NCBI RefSeq assembly: GCF_963676685.1
Contig: NC_092348.1
Location: forward strand, 5,022,001 to 5,086,000
DNA length: 64,000 bases
Direction of reading: 5' to 3'
DNA from: Mytilus edulis
Taxonomy: Eukaryota
The first letter of the stretch is position 1. Each line of letters starts with the position of its first letter. The position numbers and the translations under genes are program-made. The notes under the pieces were generated by a model. That model was not told the origin of the DNA, ran no database searches, and saw only the letters and a list, made by a program, of their open reading frames with translations. Positions 18,190 through 32,042 of the stretch are shown here, one piece after another.

Positions 18190-19563
18190 ATGCAGAAATT
18201 TGGGGCTTTTTTAATCCTTTCAAAAAAAAATTAAATTCTCAGACTTCTACAGTTGATCAAGCTTATCCTAAACTTTTTTCAGATAGATTACATATGAAAT
18301 TTTGTAAATTATTACTAGGTTTGGGGAAAAGAGCAACAAACCTTGCCACTCTTTCAGAACTTGGGAGATTTCCTTTACATTTTGATATCACCAAATCTAT
18401 GATCAGATACTGGCACCGGCTTGAGAATTTGGGTTCATCCTTTCCCTTACTAAAAGATGCATATTTAGAGTCAAAGCTATTATTTGAATCAAAAATTCCC
18501 TCTTGGTATGGATCTTTAAACTATTTGCAAAAAAAAATTAATGGGGTTGACAGTCTAACCTTTGCAAGCAACTTTAGATTCAAAATTTTAATTAAAAAGT
18601 TTTTGTATGAGCACTATGAAATACAATGGAGAAACCAAATGCACAATTGTGCTGATGGGAAGCTTTGTAGCTATAGCACTTTTAAGACTCATTTTGGTCT
18701 TGAAAGATACCTTACTATATTACAATCACCTGAGCAGAGGAGAAATTTCACTCGATTGCGTATTTCTTCTCACAGACTAAGAATTGAACAAGGTCGCTAT
18801 CAGGGTACTCTCCGACAAGACAGAATATGTCTCAGGTGCACCTCAAATGAAGTTGATGATGAAAAACATTTTTTATTCTCATGTACATCATCACAAGATA
18901 AGAGAAATTATTTGAATTCCACTATTGACTTACTATGCCCAAACTTTAAGCATTTGATTCCTAGTCAAAAACTGATATGGCTTCTTAATGTAGAGAATCT
19001 TGATATTTTGATATCTGTCTGTGAGTTAATTGATGAAGATAAAATATAACTTTAAAGATAAATATTTAATCAGGCTCTCTGCACTAGGCACAAGGTTGGC
19101 ATGGTGGGGTACAGGACACATCGTACAAGTTCTATTACCTTCTTGTTTGCGATATTATTATTTTTTTTATTAAACTGGTAATATTTTATCTTTTTTGTAA
19201 TTTGTGCACTTTGGCATGTCAATTAGCATTGTCCCTTGGTGCCTCTTGCAGTTGTGTCACTTTAAATAGTACTGACTCCTCTGCACCAGGCACGAGGATG
19301 ACATACCATTTATGTGCAACTTCTTACAATATCTTACCATATCATTAATGTCCCGAAACACATTTTAATATGCACCCACCATGCCATATAGCACCGTCCC
19401 TAGGTGCCTCTTGCAGTTCAGCTAGATATATTTAGCCTACTCACAGTATTCTTTTTTTGTTACTTTCCAGAGGTGTGCCTGAGACAAAGGTTTTATATAT
19501 ATACTAATATGTGATAACTGTTGTTTCTTATTTGTGTTTGTAACTTGTGTTGTTTATTATATT
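18190..19563 (+). mobile_element. 3' part of a non-LTR retrotransposon (ORF2 C-terminus 18294-19049 plus 3' UTR; tail probably resumes at 24263-24357)
   Basis: KFCK.LLG...TN.A...ELGRFPL, RLRISSHRLRIE.GRY and RIC..C..EVDDEKHFLFSC are typical of the post-RT region of LINE ORF2. An AATAAA plus (CTT)n tail lies right after the Gypsy insertion. Confidence 0.8.
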
Positions 19564-19614
19564 TGTTATATTTCTTATTTTGCAAATTCGGAATTTCAAA
19601 ATATATCTATAACA

Positions 19615-21836
19615 TCTAGTACGACATTTGGGTTTGTTTTAGGTCAATTAGATAGTCAAGGTCGAGAGCATGTCATAGCTTATGGAGGTAGAAGTTTGTC
19701 TAGGGCAGAACGAATCTGGTGCACCACAGAACAAGAATGTTTAGCTGTTCTAGAGGGTGTCAAACATTTTCGTGCTTATTTGACTCGTCGATTCAGAATT
19801 TTCACAGATCACAAGGCTCTTAAATATTTGATGGATCAAAAGGTTGCAGTCGGTAAATTAGGTCGTTGGGCTCTTAAATTACAAGACTTCGACTTTGATA
19901 TCGTTCACAAACCAGGTAAAAACAATGAGGTGGCAGATGCTCTCAGCAGACGCACATATACTGAAGTGGCTGATGAAAATAAAACATCGCCAGTGAAAGT
20001 GTTTGTTTCAAATGCAAATGAAAATGAGTTTCTGTCAGATACAATTGAGGTTAATGCTTGTGAGACAGATCTAGAGGTAGACAATAAAGGAGACGAGGAC
20101 TTGGAGAGTGTAGAGCTCGAATTATTTTATGGAGACTATACACTTCTTGCTCCTCTAGATCCTGAAGTCGTCAATAGTGAGTTATTGGACATTCCTGCTG
20201 TAAGTCAGTTACAACAAGTTGACCCAGATTTTCAGGATATGTTTAATTACTTGCAAAATGACGTTTTACCTCAAAGTGAAAAGGTTCGACAAAAAGTTCT
20301 AGCAGAATCTCAAGATTACTCGGTTTGTGATGGTGTTTTGTATAAATGGTTTCAAAAGAGGTTTAAAACGAGTCCAGATGAAAAGTACATTAAACAATTA
20401 TGTCTTCCATTAGCTCTCAGACGTCATGCTTTGCTAGCTTATCATGACTTGAATTATGGTGGTGCACACTTAGGATTGGACAGGGTTTTGGCTGCTTTGA
20501 GACAAAAATATTTTTGGCCAAAAATGCACCAAACAGTCAAAGACCATGTTCTTTCTTGTGACAGGTGTCAACGAATTAAGGTTGACCATACACGCAAAAA
20601 TCCACCTTTAAATCCTTTGCCAGTGGTAGGTCCATTTGATCGATGGCATATGGATTTCTTAAAGCTGAGCAAGACAAACAAAGGTGAAACATACTTGCTC
20701 GTTTTGGTTGATAGTTGTAGTAAGTGGGTTGAAGCATTTGCTATGAAAACACAAGAGGCTTCTGAAGTTGCAAAGGTCTTGTTCAAAGAGGTTTTCTCTA
20801 GATTTGGCGCAGCAAGGTTTTTGGTTAGTGATCGTGGAAAAAGCTTCATGAATAACTTAGTTCTGTCGTTATGTGAGATATTTGATGTTACAAGATATCA
20901 TACTAGCTCGTACCATCCTCAAACAAATGGGTTAGTAGAAAGGTGCAACTCAACTCTGATAAAGTCTTTCAGAGCATACTGTGATAAGGCTCAAAATAAT
21001 TGGCCCGATAAATTACCCGGAATTTTAATGGCTTTACGCAATTCTCCTTCAACTCAATCAACTGAGTTTTCTCCCTTTCATTTGCTGTTTGGTAGAGAAA
21101 TGAATCTACCTTTTGACACTTCTGTTACACCTAAACAGAATTTGTCAGCAGATGCCAAGCTTCAAATGGAAGAAGTTCTATCAAATCTAAAGATCACACA
21201 AGATCTTGCCACTAAAAATATGTTAGAAAAACAGTTAAAATCTAAAGAGCGATACGACCGAAATTCAAAAATTCCACAATTTAAAGTAAGGGATTTAGTT
21301 TTACTTCGGCAACATGTGGTTCCCGTCGGTCGCTCACCGAAATTGTAGATAAGTACAAAGGGCCTTATTACATAACTGAGTTGGGACCAAATTACACATA
21401 CAAATTGAGAATGTGCAGCACTAATAAAGAGGTAAAATCGATGATCAATGCAAAAGAAATATTCCTTTACAAGGATCCAAGAGATCATCAGCTGCAACCC
21501 AATGAGGTGGTACAAAATGTAGCTTATGATACTGATAGGGTAGATCAGCATGATCAAGGTGATGAGAATGTGCCTCAAGCACAAAATAGGGAGAATGAAA
21601 CCACTGATGGTAATGATGATCAGATAGAAGATCATCAGTTTTATAAAGCGGAAAAACTTTTGAAGTTAAAGCGCTTACAAGGTAGACGACATTTCCTTGT
21701 AAAATGGGCGGACGGCTCAAAACCCACATGGGAACCAGAGGAATATGTTTCAGAACATTTAATCAGAGTATATTTTAGCACACATACAAATACAGGGACT
21801 AAACGAAAGAGAAAAACATGCATACGGCAAAACTAG
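19615..21836 (+). pseudogene. Gypsy pol fragment: RNase H, integrase, chromodomain; frameshift at ~21345
   Basis: IAYGGRSL, FTDHKAL, WHMDF, LVSDRG and YHPQTNGLVER. After the frameshift it reads YKGPYYI and FYKAEKLL...FLVKW..PTWEPEEYV. Confidence 0.88.
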
Positions 21837-23075
21837 TCACACAAAACTATTAAAGTATTTTTCATTCCTTGAAATAAAAGAAAAAATATATAATAAAGCA
21901 CATTAGCATATACACATTTTTTTCTTTTGCACCAGTGCTGAAGTCTTTGAATTGTTTTTATAGTGTTATTCTCTAGATTATATCTTTTAGGAACTTTAGA
22001 TTGTTTTCAAAAACCATAAATTATTTATTCAAAATTGTGGTGTTTTGTTACCCTTGACAGATTTATATCTGTTGTCTAATAGTGCTAAGAGTATGCGCAT
22101 GCTCATCTAACAACTCATCACACATTTTTTTTTTCATTTTTACAAGTTAAGGTTAAATCACACTTAGAAACTTTTCATTGATGACAGTTTTTTTTTAATG
22201 GTGTTAATATTTTCTTGAATGATACAGACTGAAAGCCAAAGCATAAAGAGAAAGTACACACACATTGTGGACAGTTTTCAACGAAGAGTTACATAGAGTC
22301 ATGACTATTGTTGAAGTACGTTTTTTGTTTAATTTATTTGTATATAATATGATAATTTTCTTATATTTTTGTGGTTCAAAGCAAGAACATTTACTTCAAC
22401 ACTTGTTATTTTACAGTACAAAAGAAAGCAATATGTGCGTTTGTACCTTCTTTTATTTTTGCAAGCCGCGACGGCTTTTCCTTCCGAGCTATTGGTTCTA
22501 TAATTTTGAGCAAGTTTATGAAAACAATGCTAATATTCAACTGACTATTTTATTTTGGTTAAGTTTGGTTGATTTTTTTTTTAGCAAACCGCATGTAGAA
22601 CCAAATTCAAATTTGTTATCACAAAAATTCCGTGGATAGTACATGTGTTACAGTGCCAGTCCTTATTCTGCCTCTGTTTCCATCCTATTTTACTATAAAA
22701 CCTCAATGTATTTATAACATTGTATTGACAAAAGTAAGTAAACTGTCAAATGTCAGATTTCACGATACCCATGTCCAGCAATGCAGAGTATGAGTTTTTA
22801 AAGTATCTTATATATTGGCTTAAATTCAGCAAACTCACGATATTTTTTTCAAACATAAATGGCATTTATTCAGCACCTATTAATGTGGCTCAATGAGCAT
22901 ACTACCTTACACAACAATAGCAGAAAACAATAGAACATTATATTTGTGACAATGTATATATATTTTATGAGTGTATATAAAATTCATTAACTTGATTTTC
23001 TAATCTTATATGTCTTATATTTGTAGTTGATGTTATGTGGCTTTGGGGTCAAAGCCAATTAAGGCAGAGGGGAGA

Positions 23076-24258
23076 TGTTATAGATATATTTTGAAATTCC
23101 GAATTTGCAAAATAAGAAATATAACAGCTTTGCAAACTTTCTTTTATTAAATATTTTATTTTTTATTCTCAAAATGAATTTGTAAAATTGGACATTTTAG
23201 AAGAAAATAGATTTTACAGATATTTGACAAATATTGATAATTATTCATTCATTAATTATACATGCTATATTTTGAATAAAAGAAAGAGTGTAGGCAATTA
23301 GGCCTATTGTCAAAATTACAAAGATTGTCGCAACATAGGTATACGAAAATCAATAATTTAGATTAAAGTGTCAGCTTGGTTGACAAGACAAAATTATGAG
23401 TGACCAATTAAAATGTTGTGGTCAGCTACGAAATTATGTAACGATAATTTTCATTGGTAAAACGAAGAAAACCTGGGATCTCTAAGCACGTGAGCAACGA
23501 CCTTTTTAAGCTAGTGTTTTGGGCTATTCGTCAGTTGCCATGAGATCTCAGTTGTAATAAAATATAGTTATTTTGGAATTCTTCGTTTTTACCAGGTAAT
23601 TCATTATTAATATTTTAAAGCATTCTTTTTATGAAAATTACATTTCACATTTACTTTTAATTAAGTTTTATTTCTTTAGTTCTATTTATTTAAAATGAGC
23701 GTATTTAGTTTATTACATTACGATTAAATAGATGATTTTTTAAGTGAAATATACAGTAAACATAAATTCCGTAAATGTTATTTATTTCATTAATTTTCAT
23801 TATTACATGCAAATTTGTTTACAGGAGATTTGTGAATTTGACGCATAATTTATTTGTAGTAAAGTTAAATTCTGTTATTTGGTTATATTTAATATTCAAC
23901 GAAGTTTAAAGAAATCTTTGTTTGTCACTTTGGTTTACCTTGACAACGCAACAGAACACAAAGAAAATATTTGTTGTTTCATGTATATTGAAATCGTACC
24001 GATGCAGGATTGATCTCCAGAACAGAAATATTTGCGTATTACGTAATAGCAAGAAACATTTAATATATTACAGCTTGACATTATCTATGTATGATGAACT
24101 ATAAATATTGTGAAATATATTGTATGCATTTATATGAAATTGTATTATAGAGTTGCCATGAGATCTCAGTTGTAATAAAATATAGTTATTTTGGAATTCT
24201 TCGTTTTTACCAGGCCAGCTAAAGTCCAGATGACATAGGCTGAAAGTCAAGTACGACA
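23076..24258 (+). repeat. 3' LTR (TGT...ACA) containing an internal ~65-bp direct repeat (~23532-23596, ~24150-24214)
   Basis: Starts immediately after the PPT. The right boundary is inferred from the CA plus TATT duplication. Confidence 0.6.
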
Positions 24259-25204
24259 TATTTGTAAAAGAATATTATATTACAATGATATTATATTATG
24301 CTCCTTGTGAGCCCATTTTATGGAAATAAAGCATCTTCTTCTTCTTCTTCTTCTTCTATGTTCATTTGATGATAATCTAATGGCTGGACTTTATTTCAAT
24401 AAAATTACTTACTTACTTACTTACCACATACCTCGTTTTGATTCATCTGAGACTACTATAACATTATATATAGTCTTAGGAATCATACAGAAGAGCCTAT
24501 GCGCTTTGTTTAAAATTGTTTTACTTTTAAAATACAGGAATGCAAGGGCCAAATGAATTAAAGAGCCGCATAACTGATTCTTTCAATTTAATAATTTATA
24601 AAAAAGACAACTTCATCTATGATACTCGAACAAATGTTCTATTTCTTCTTTTCTTCAATGCAAATTGTCTTTCTTGTTAAACTATGCACTTGCTTTCAAG
24701 TGTTGTTAGTAATAAATAAAAAAAAAAAGAGGATGAATTGATATTGAGTGGTTTAGGAAATATAACACCATTTACTTCTTTATATACTCCAAGGTGACAT
24801 TCTTCAAGAGAACATGTTAAAGCAAATGTCCAACTCACAAAGTAAAAATGGAAAAATAAAAATCATTCCTACGTATGATCTTTTATGACAAAGGCAGTCG
24901 TGTTTTCTACTTAAAATCCGAAGATACTTGTTCTAAGACTGTTGCTCGATTGAGGTTTTATTTTATTTCTGCTATTTAGTAATGATTTATGTATCTATGA
25001 AATATTTCTTTTCTGTGTGATCTTGGTTAGCTTTGAAGTTCAAAAAATATTTTTTCTTAAAGGAGCTTGAGTTTTTTTTTTTTTTTTTTTTTGCAAACCT
25101 ATTTAGCATAAGCAATAGCTATCTGAAATGTTTTACATATCAAGAACAACAAGAAGCATCAATTTAAATTCTAATAGTAATTAATATAGAACAATATGTG
25201 TATA

Positions 25205-25395
25205 TGTTCCAGACCATATGAGTATTTGGACCATACGTGTATGGTCATGACCATATGCGTATACTCATATGGTCCGATCATACGCGTATGGTCCGACCGT
25301 AAGCGTATGGTCGGACCATATGAGTATAATACGCATTTGGGTATTAACGGGCCGGACCATATGAGTATTTGGACCATATGAGTATTTGGACTATA
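25205..25395. repeat. Palindrome-rich GACCATA/TATGGTC repeat cluster (MITE end)
   Basis: Multiple CCATATGAGTATTTGGA and ACCATACGCGTATGGT units; a related remnant lies at ~29387-29412, beyond the inserted element. Confidence 0.6.
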
Positions 25396-25935
25396 TAGGT
25401 ATTTTTTTCAATTTACACTATACACGTTTCAATAATACAAAAAAAAATATCTTAAACAATAGTGATGGTTACATGACAATTTATTAATTTTATAATCCAA
25501 AAACTACGTAAAAATTAAATACTGATGCCATAGTTATAGTTTCCATCGATGGTTAAAATCTTGCAGGTAGGCTTGGGGTGACATTCACTTCCACACGGTA
25601 GCATAGCTTTTTTGCATATAAGAAATTTGTGCATGATCTTTTTCATTTACACCTTTTGTGCTATGAAAAGTGAAAAGCTAGCCTTTTTGCAGCTGCGTAC
25701 AGTGATACCGAGGTCTTTGGCCATTCTGATGTCTACGTTGTTTTTAAGAAGCTCTAGATCTCAAATATCGTAAAATGACTGCAATAAATCATATTCACAG
25801 GACAACTTAAATATACAATGTTACTTTCCAGTGACTTCTTGTGTAACAGTTCATTAAGATTTTTTTAGTCGACGTATTGCCATTCACTCGTAATAACAAA
25901 TCGGTAGTGACCATCGGTATATAATAAGTGTTTAC

Positions 25936-28900
25936 TATGGAACGCCATGACTGTCTTCTGATGTTGATTGTTTAATATGTTCGGTGCTTTATGCATTATG
26001 TTCAGTAGTATGTATATTATGTTCAGTAGATATCCTATTATGTTCAGTAGTTATTACATTATGTTCAGTAGTTATTACATTATGTTTAGTAGTTTTTACA
26101 TTATATTCGGTGCTTTGGTTATTATGTTCAGTAGTTTCATTATTATATGCAGTGGTATTTAAATTATGTTCGATACTTCTGACGTTATATTCAGTACATT
26201 TTTCATTATGTTCAGTACTTTCGACATTATGTTCAGTAGATTCAATATTATTTGCAGTACATTATGTAATACGTTCAGTAGTCCCGCTTTCTTTATATTC
26301 AGTAGATTATTAATTATGTTCAGTAAAAGCATCTGTATTATATTCGGTTCGTTCAACTTTATGTTCAGTGGTTTTATCATTATGATGATGTAGTAAAAGT
26401 CGGGAAGTCAATAACGGAAATTGTCGGAAAAAAACGAAGGCGGATATTTTTGACGGACGTTTTATTCATGAACACCTGTACGTGATTGAATTAAAATGGA
26501 AGAAATGGAAGCAGTTTTAAATCGGTGTGGTTTACGTTCCCAAGTTGGCATTTTTCACAAGAAAAAAATAACTCCTGACTCAATTTGTAAGTTGTCGCTA
26601 CAAGATTTCGCATATTTAGGTATGACTGACAGGAGAAAAATAATGGAATTAAGAATAGCTTGTGTTTATTTCAGTAGCAATATTTTGACTGAGTAATAAC
26701 AAGTTTTTCATTCCCAAAGAAACACTGGAATCCCTGCTTGAAATCGATTTAACTGTTTTAAAAATATTCCCTGTGGACAACCCCCCCTTTATTTGGTGCT
26801 CTCTATTTTCAACCCTCGAATTAAGCTTTCCAATCTTATTAAAATTAAAACCTTGCTTTCTAACCAATCTGTTCATGCACCGGACCGGCAACTTTCTTTA
26901 TTTAATACGAAAATCTAAAGTGCCGTTATACACATACATGTTGTTTGCTTGGAGTATACGCCTGCAAAGAAAGAAATAGCCCAAGTCCGAAGGCACAAAT
27001 AAGAAAAAAAAGTTGTATGGCAAAGGGTGCCGGGGTAAATCTCTGTTTTCAAAATATACATGAAATATTTGCCACTGCCCCTTTTTTCTTCTATGAATTC
27101 TAATCCTGAGTTTTCTATCTGTTACATGCCAAGAAATCCGAGCAAAAAATTCCGGTCGACCTCCTACGGCACCCATTAGTATTTAAAGATTTGATTTCAT
27201 TCAACAAATTAATTTAGGACCTCCATGTACGTGTCATGTAGAACACAGCTATTTACCGAATGGTCAATATTAATCTTCCATGTAATTTGCTCTATGTGAT
27301 GTTTGCAGAATTTCAACGGAGGTAATTTCTTGGCATGATCAATTGTGTGTTTACCCTCCCCTTTTCTCCTTTGATATAAAGCGTTCCAATGAATAACAAA
27401 TCTACAGTAATCCGAAAAAATTAAAGGCGACAATAAAAATACATGTAAATCTTGTAAAATAATCAAAATGTTTCTGTGTATTTGGTTTTGGTTTGTTCTT
27501 CAAAATACCACTTAAGGCCAGTGTCTTGCCTGAATCAGAGAAGCTTGCTAGTGAAGACGTGCCCTTACTCTAAGATCGATTATGAATAATAAGAATTTAT
27601 GAACCTCAAGAAATCTGACGTACCCATAATTGACAATCCTGACACGAAATTATCACTTAACATTTATCCGTTTCAGATCCGTTCATCATCCATTTTATCC
27701 GTTATACGTCCGGTAGAAGTCCGTTTCACATTCGTTCAACATCAATTTTATCCGTTAAACCACAAGCAAATGCCCCCAAAGGACAGTGTCTGGACTGAAT
27801 AAAAGCTGCTTGATTGTGAAGACGTGACCTTACTCTAAGATCGATTATGAATAATAAGAATTCATGAATCTTAAGAAAGGCTAATTGGCATTTCAGACGC
27901 GAAATTTTCAATTGGCATTTATCCGTGTAAGATCCGTTCATCATCCGTTTAATCCGTTATACGTCCGGTAGAAGTCCGTTTCACATTCGTTCAACATCTG
28001 TTTTATCCGTTAGACGTCCGTTAGACGTCCGTTAGAAGTCCGTTGGTGAATTTATCTGCCAGACCTCAAACGGATGTATAACGGACACGTTACGAATACA
28101 AAACGGAAGTGAAACGGACAAGTTCCGTACAAAACAGACGCCTACCGGACGTTCAACAGACATTTTATCCAATGGACGTCAGTTCAACGTTTTGAACATG
28201 CTCATACGGACGTCGACGGATTAAACGTACGCTAAACTGACATGCAACGGATATGGACGGACGTCTAACAGATAAGAACGGACGTCTAGCGGACATGAAC
28301 GGATTGAAAAAAGTTATCCGTTAGGCATTTGTTCGAGCTATCTTAGTCAAAATATTGCTGCTGAAATGAACACAAGCTATTCTTAATTCCATTATTTTTC
28401 TCCTGTCGTTCATACGTGTACCTAAATATGCGAAATCATGTAGCGACAACTTACAAATAAAGTCAGGAGTTATTTTTCCTGGTGAAAAATGCCAACTTGG
28501 AAACGTAAACCACACCGATTTAAAACTGCTTCCATTTCTTTCATTTTCATTTAATCATGTAAAGGTGTTCATGAATTAAACGTCCGTCAAAAATATCCTT
28601 GTTCGTTTTTTTCCGACAATTTCCGTTATTGACTTCCCGACTTTTACTACATCATCATAATGATACAACCACTTTTACTACATCATCATAATGATAAAAC
28701 CACTGAACATAAAGTTGAACGAACCGAATATAATACAGATGCTTTTACTGAACATAATGAATAATCTACTGAATATAAAGAAAGCGGGACTGCTGAAGGT
28801 ATTACATGATGTGCTGCAAATAATATTGAATCTACTGAACATAATGTCGAAAGTACTGAACATAATGAAAAATGTACTGAATATAACGTCAGAAGTACCG

Positions 28901-29177
28901 AACATAATTAAAATAACACTGCATATAACAATGAAACTACTGAACATAATAACTAAAGCACCGAATATAATGTAAAAACTACTGAACATAATGTAATAAC
29001 TACTGAACATAATGTAATAACTACTGAACATAATGTAATAACTACTGAACATAATGTAATAACTACTGAACATAATAGGATATCTACTGAACATAATATA
29101 CATACTACTGAACATAATGCATAAAGCACCAAACATATTAAATAATCAACATCAGAAGACAGTCATGGCGTTCCATA
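25936..29177. mobile_element. Non-autonomous IS3EU-type fold-back DNA transposon
   Basis: Termini TATGGAACGCCATG / CATGGCGTTCCATA and an exact 6-bp TSD GTTTAC (25930-25935, 29178-29183). The ~750-830 bp inverted arms contain 21-bp tandem repeats (ATTATGTTCAGTAGTTATTAC). Confidence 0.85.
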
Positions 29178-30574
29178 GTTTACTATATATTTGACATTTA
29201 AGTATAATTAATTATGTGAAACTAATTACTTCTTATTTTTATTTAGCTTATCTTTTTATTATAATATAATAATAAAATTACCTACATGTATATGATAGCG
29301 GTTTTTTTTAATGAACGGTCATACATTGTACCATATGAAGCGTTTAGAAGTATGAAAAGTAAACTGTAATAGAATGTTAATTACCCCGACCATACTCGTA
29401 CGGTCAGACCATTTTGAAAAATGTTGTGTGTGCTGTTTTTAGACCCTTTTACAACGAAATTTGTTTTACATGCACACGTATAAAAATGGCGGTTTTTATC
29501 CAACGATCATAGGTTTGAACGTAGTTTTCAATTTAGACTCGTTTATATTTTTTCGTTTGGGCTTGTATCATATTTTCCCTCCGGTTTATATGATCCGTTC
29601 ATCCTATATTGACTCTTAAAATTCAAGAGTCTATCTAAAAATGAGGGTACTTTTTATATGGCCTTCTAAATACCGTTTCGATCCCTAACATCACTGTCAT
29701 CACTGAAGAGACATTTATTGTCGAAATCCGGATCTGGTGTACTAAAAAAATATTGTCACCGTATGTTTGTGGCATAACATCATGGCCACAAGTTATTTTT
29801 TTTCTGTTTAGTATTAAATTTATATTAAGATCCATTTTATTACATCTTGTGATCAATTTTATTTGGCAATCGCCAATGGCAGTCAGCAGGGTTAAAGAAC
29901 ATCAGTTGTTCGACCTGTTAGTCAAAATTAATGCGTTTTGTTTAAATATACTTTTTCACTTTTTTGGTCTTTTGGACAAATGTTGTTTGTGCTGTTTTTA
30001 GACCCTTCTACAACGAAATTTGTTTTACATGCACACGTATAAAAATTGCGGTTTGAACGTAGTTTTCAATTTAGACTCGTTTATATGTATATTTGCCCTA
30101 CCGTTGTCAAATTTGAAATATTATACAAACTTGGATCGGTTAGGACATTTTTGATTTTTGTTTGTTTGAGGACTGCCCTCAATGCAGTTATAACATCTAA
30201 ACTGTCACAACTTTTGGAAAATTAGAGTTGTGCCAGTTCACATCGGAAATAACTATTTTCATTTGGCATATCTTTGCGCCGTGTTTGGAAATTTTAAAAT
30301 TGTATCAGCGTCTGTGGTGTTCGCTTAAATTGTATAAATTTCGAGATTTAGAAAAAGTTTCTCAGTTTGAATATTTTGACATGATTCATTTGACATAGTG
30401 CTATTATTGAAGATGGATATCTGTTATCCGAAATATCTAATATTTGTTCATTTTATAGTTATTGTACCCTTTTTGACTTGTTATATATTATATTTTGTAG
30501 TGTACAGAATCATATCACATGATCCATCGCCCTGTAAGATTGATCGTTGACTATTTATTCAGTCATTTAATATA

Positions 30575-30769
30575 TATATAATATATATATAACTCGTCTA
30601 AACATCAACCCAACAATGTTAGATCTGTAAATTTGCTTTCGCAAATTTTTGGTTCTTCCCTCGCCGGGATTCGAACCCATGCTACTGTGATATCGTGACA
30701 CCAAATCGCCTGCACTGCAGCCGTCCTGCTAGAGCCGTCCTGCTAGACCACACGACCACCTGGGCTCTC
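30575..30769 (-). mobile_element. tRNA-derived SINE
   Basis: The minus strand has an A-box-like GTGGTCGTGTGGTC, a B-box GGTTCGAATCC and a (TA)n tail, plus an internal 14-bp duplication. Confidence 0.7.
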
Positions 30770-31610
30770 ATTTAAAGAGCTTTCGCTGTATATATAAAAG
30801 ATGAAAGCATCTTCTGCAAGTGTGAAAGTGCTGGATACGCGAAAACAGTGGGACAATGCTATAAGAATAATTTTTGTTTATCGTAAATAGTAAAGTGTAC
30901 TGGACGCTTAATTTGAAAACACCAACAGACCATTTCGATTCAATATACGAATCTTTTTTTTTTTTTTTTGTGAAAAGTATCAATGATATCAATGATACTT
31001 TTCACCAAAACACAAAATCTCTTCATGTTTAATTTTCTAAAGTAATTTTTAGGTAAATCCTGAAAAGCACTTCGGAAAAACAAATATTATAAAGATTTAT
31101 TTTAATTTTCCAGTGCATGTTCCATGCTGCTGCATTTGAACTGTTAGTTTCCGAGAGTATCATCAGCTCAATCAGTATAGTGTCTATAGTCACTGGCATG
31201 ATTTATATAACATTTATTTCTTAAATTCGGCTGTTGCTAATTTTGAAAACGTTGATGAAAGGCAAAGTTAAAATTTAGCTTCTATACTAGTATACTGTAT
31301 TCCTTGTATATTCCACTTTATCTTTTCGATCCTCATGTTCTCTGAATTTACGCTGAAATCGCCTGATCAAAACAGGCTTGCAAGTGCTAAAAACACATAA
31401 TGGATTATTTCCCTTTAATCGAATATACTTACTAATTTCATATATTCTAGCCCTGCTAAAGTTAAAGAGTAAATAATTATATCCTTCTAAAGAGACATTA
31501 ATCTAGTGGATACAGTGTGTTGTATATACATTTTACCTTTTTATTGGTGGAGGAGTGGACTTTAGAACAGTTATATATTTTTTTTACGTATCAGATATCC
31601 GTGTGTATAT

Positions 31611-32042
31611 AGGTGTCAGACCACCAATTAAAAATCCCTATCTGTTCAACCAAATTTTGCAATTTTCACAGCTTTCTAAATATTTTACCTTAAGTTTAAC
31701 TTCAAGGAAACCAGGTATATCCTGAATTGTACATGTATCACCTTACTACATGCCAATTTTCAACCAATGTTTAAAGTCTTGTAACAAATTTCTTATTTTG
31801 AAAAGACAGGTACTACCAAAATAACTCCCGGTTTTCTGGAAATCTTAAATTAGTGTACTATGTAGCGCATTAATCCTGAATTTTTAATGAAAACTCATAG
31901 ACAAGTGAATTTTGGCTCAAAATGGTCTAAATATATTTCCCTTTCACCAAAAGTTTCATTTCTGCAAATTTGTTGGTTAGTTTAAGTAAACAATGACATC
32001 AAAAGCACTAAATTGGAGGGAGTAATTGGTGGTCTGACACCT
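31611..32042. mobile_element. MITE
   Basis: TIR AGGTGTCAGACCACCAATTA / TAATTGGTGGTCTGACACCT flanked by TA repeats. Confidence 0.8.

Larger units (their letters stand above)
19564..24258 (+). mobile_element. Truncated Ty3/Gypsy LTR retrotransposon with chromodomain, 3' LTR and inverted LTR tip at the left end
   Basis: RNase H - integrase (H..H..C..C, DDE) ORF, PPT AAGGCAGAGGGGAGA at 23061-23075, LTR beginning TG at 23076, and candidate TATT TSD at 19560-19563 / 24259-24262. Confidence 0.85.

Noticed and set aside
19534-19614. N-terminus of the 604-aa ORF
   Set aside because: Chance in-frame extension through the LINE UTR and inverted LTR tip; not a real start.
25968-29136. IMFSSYY-type repetitive membrane-like ORFs
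   Set aside because: Artefacts of the 21-bp tandem repeats in the transposon arms.
30650-30769. tRNA gene
   Set aside because: Has A/B boxes but an over-long, internally duplicated body and a TA tail, consistent with a SINE.
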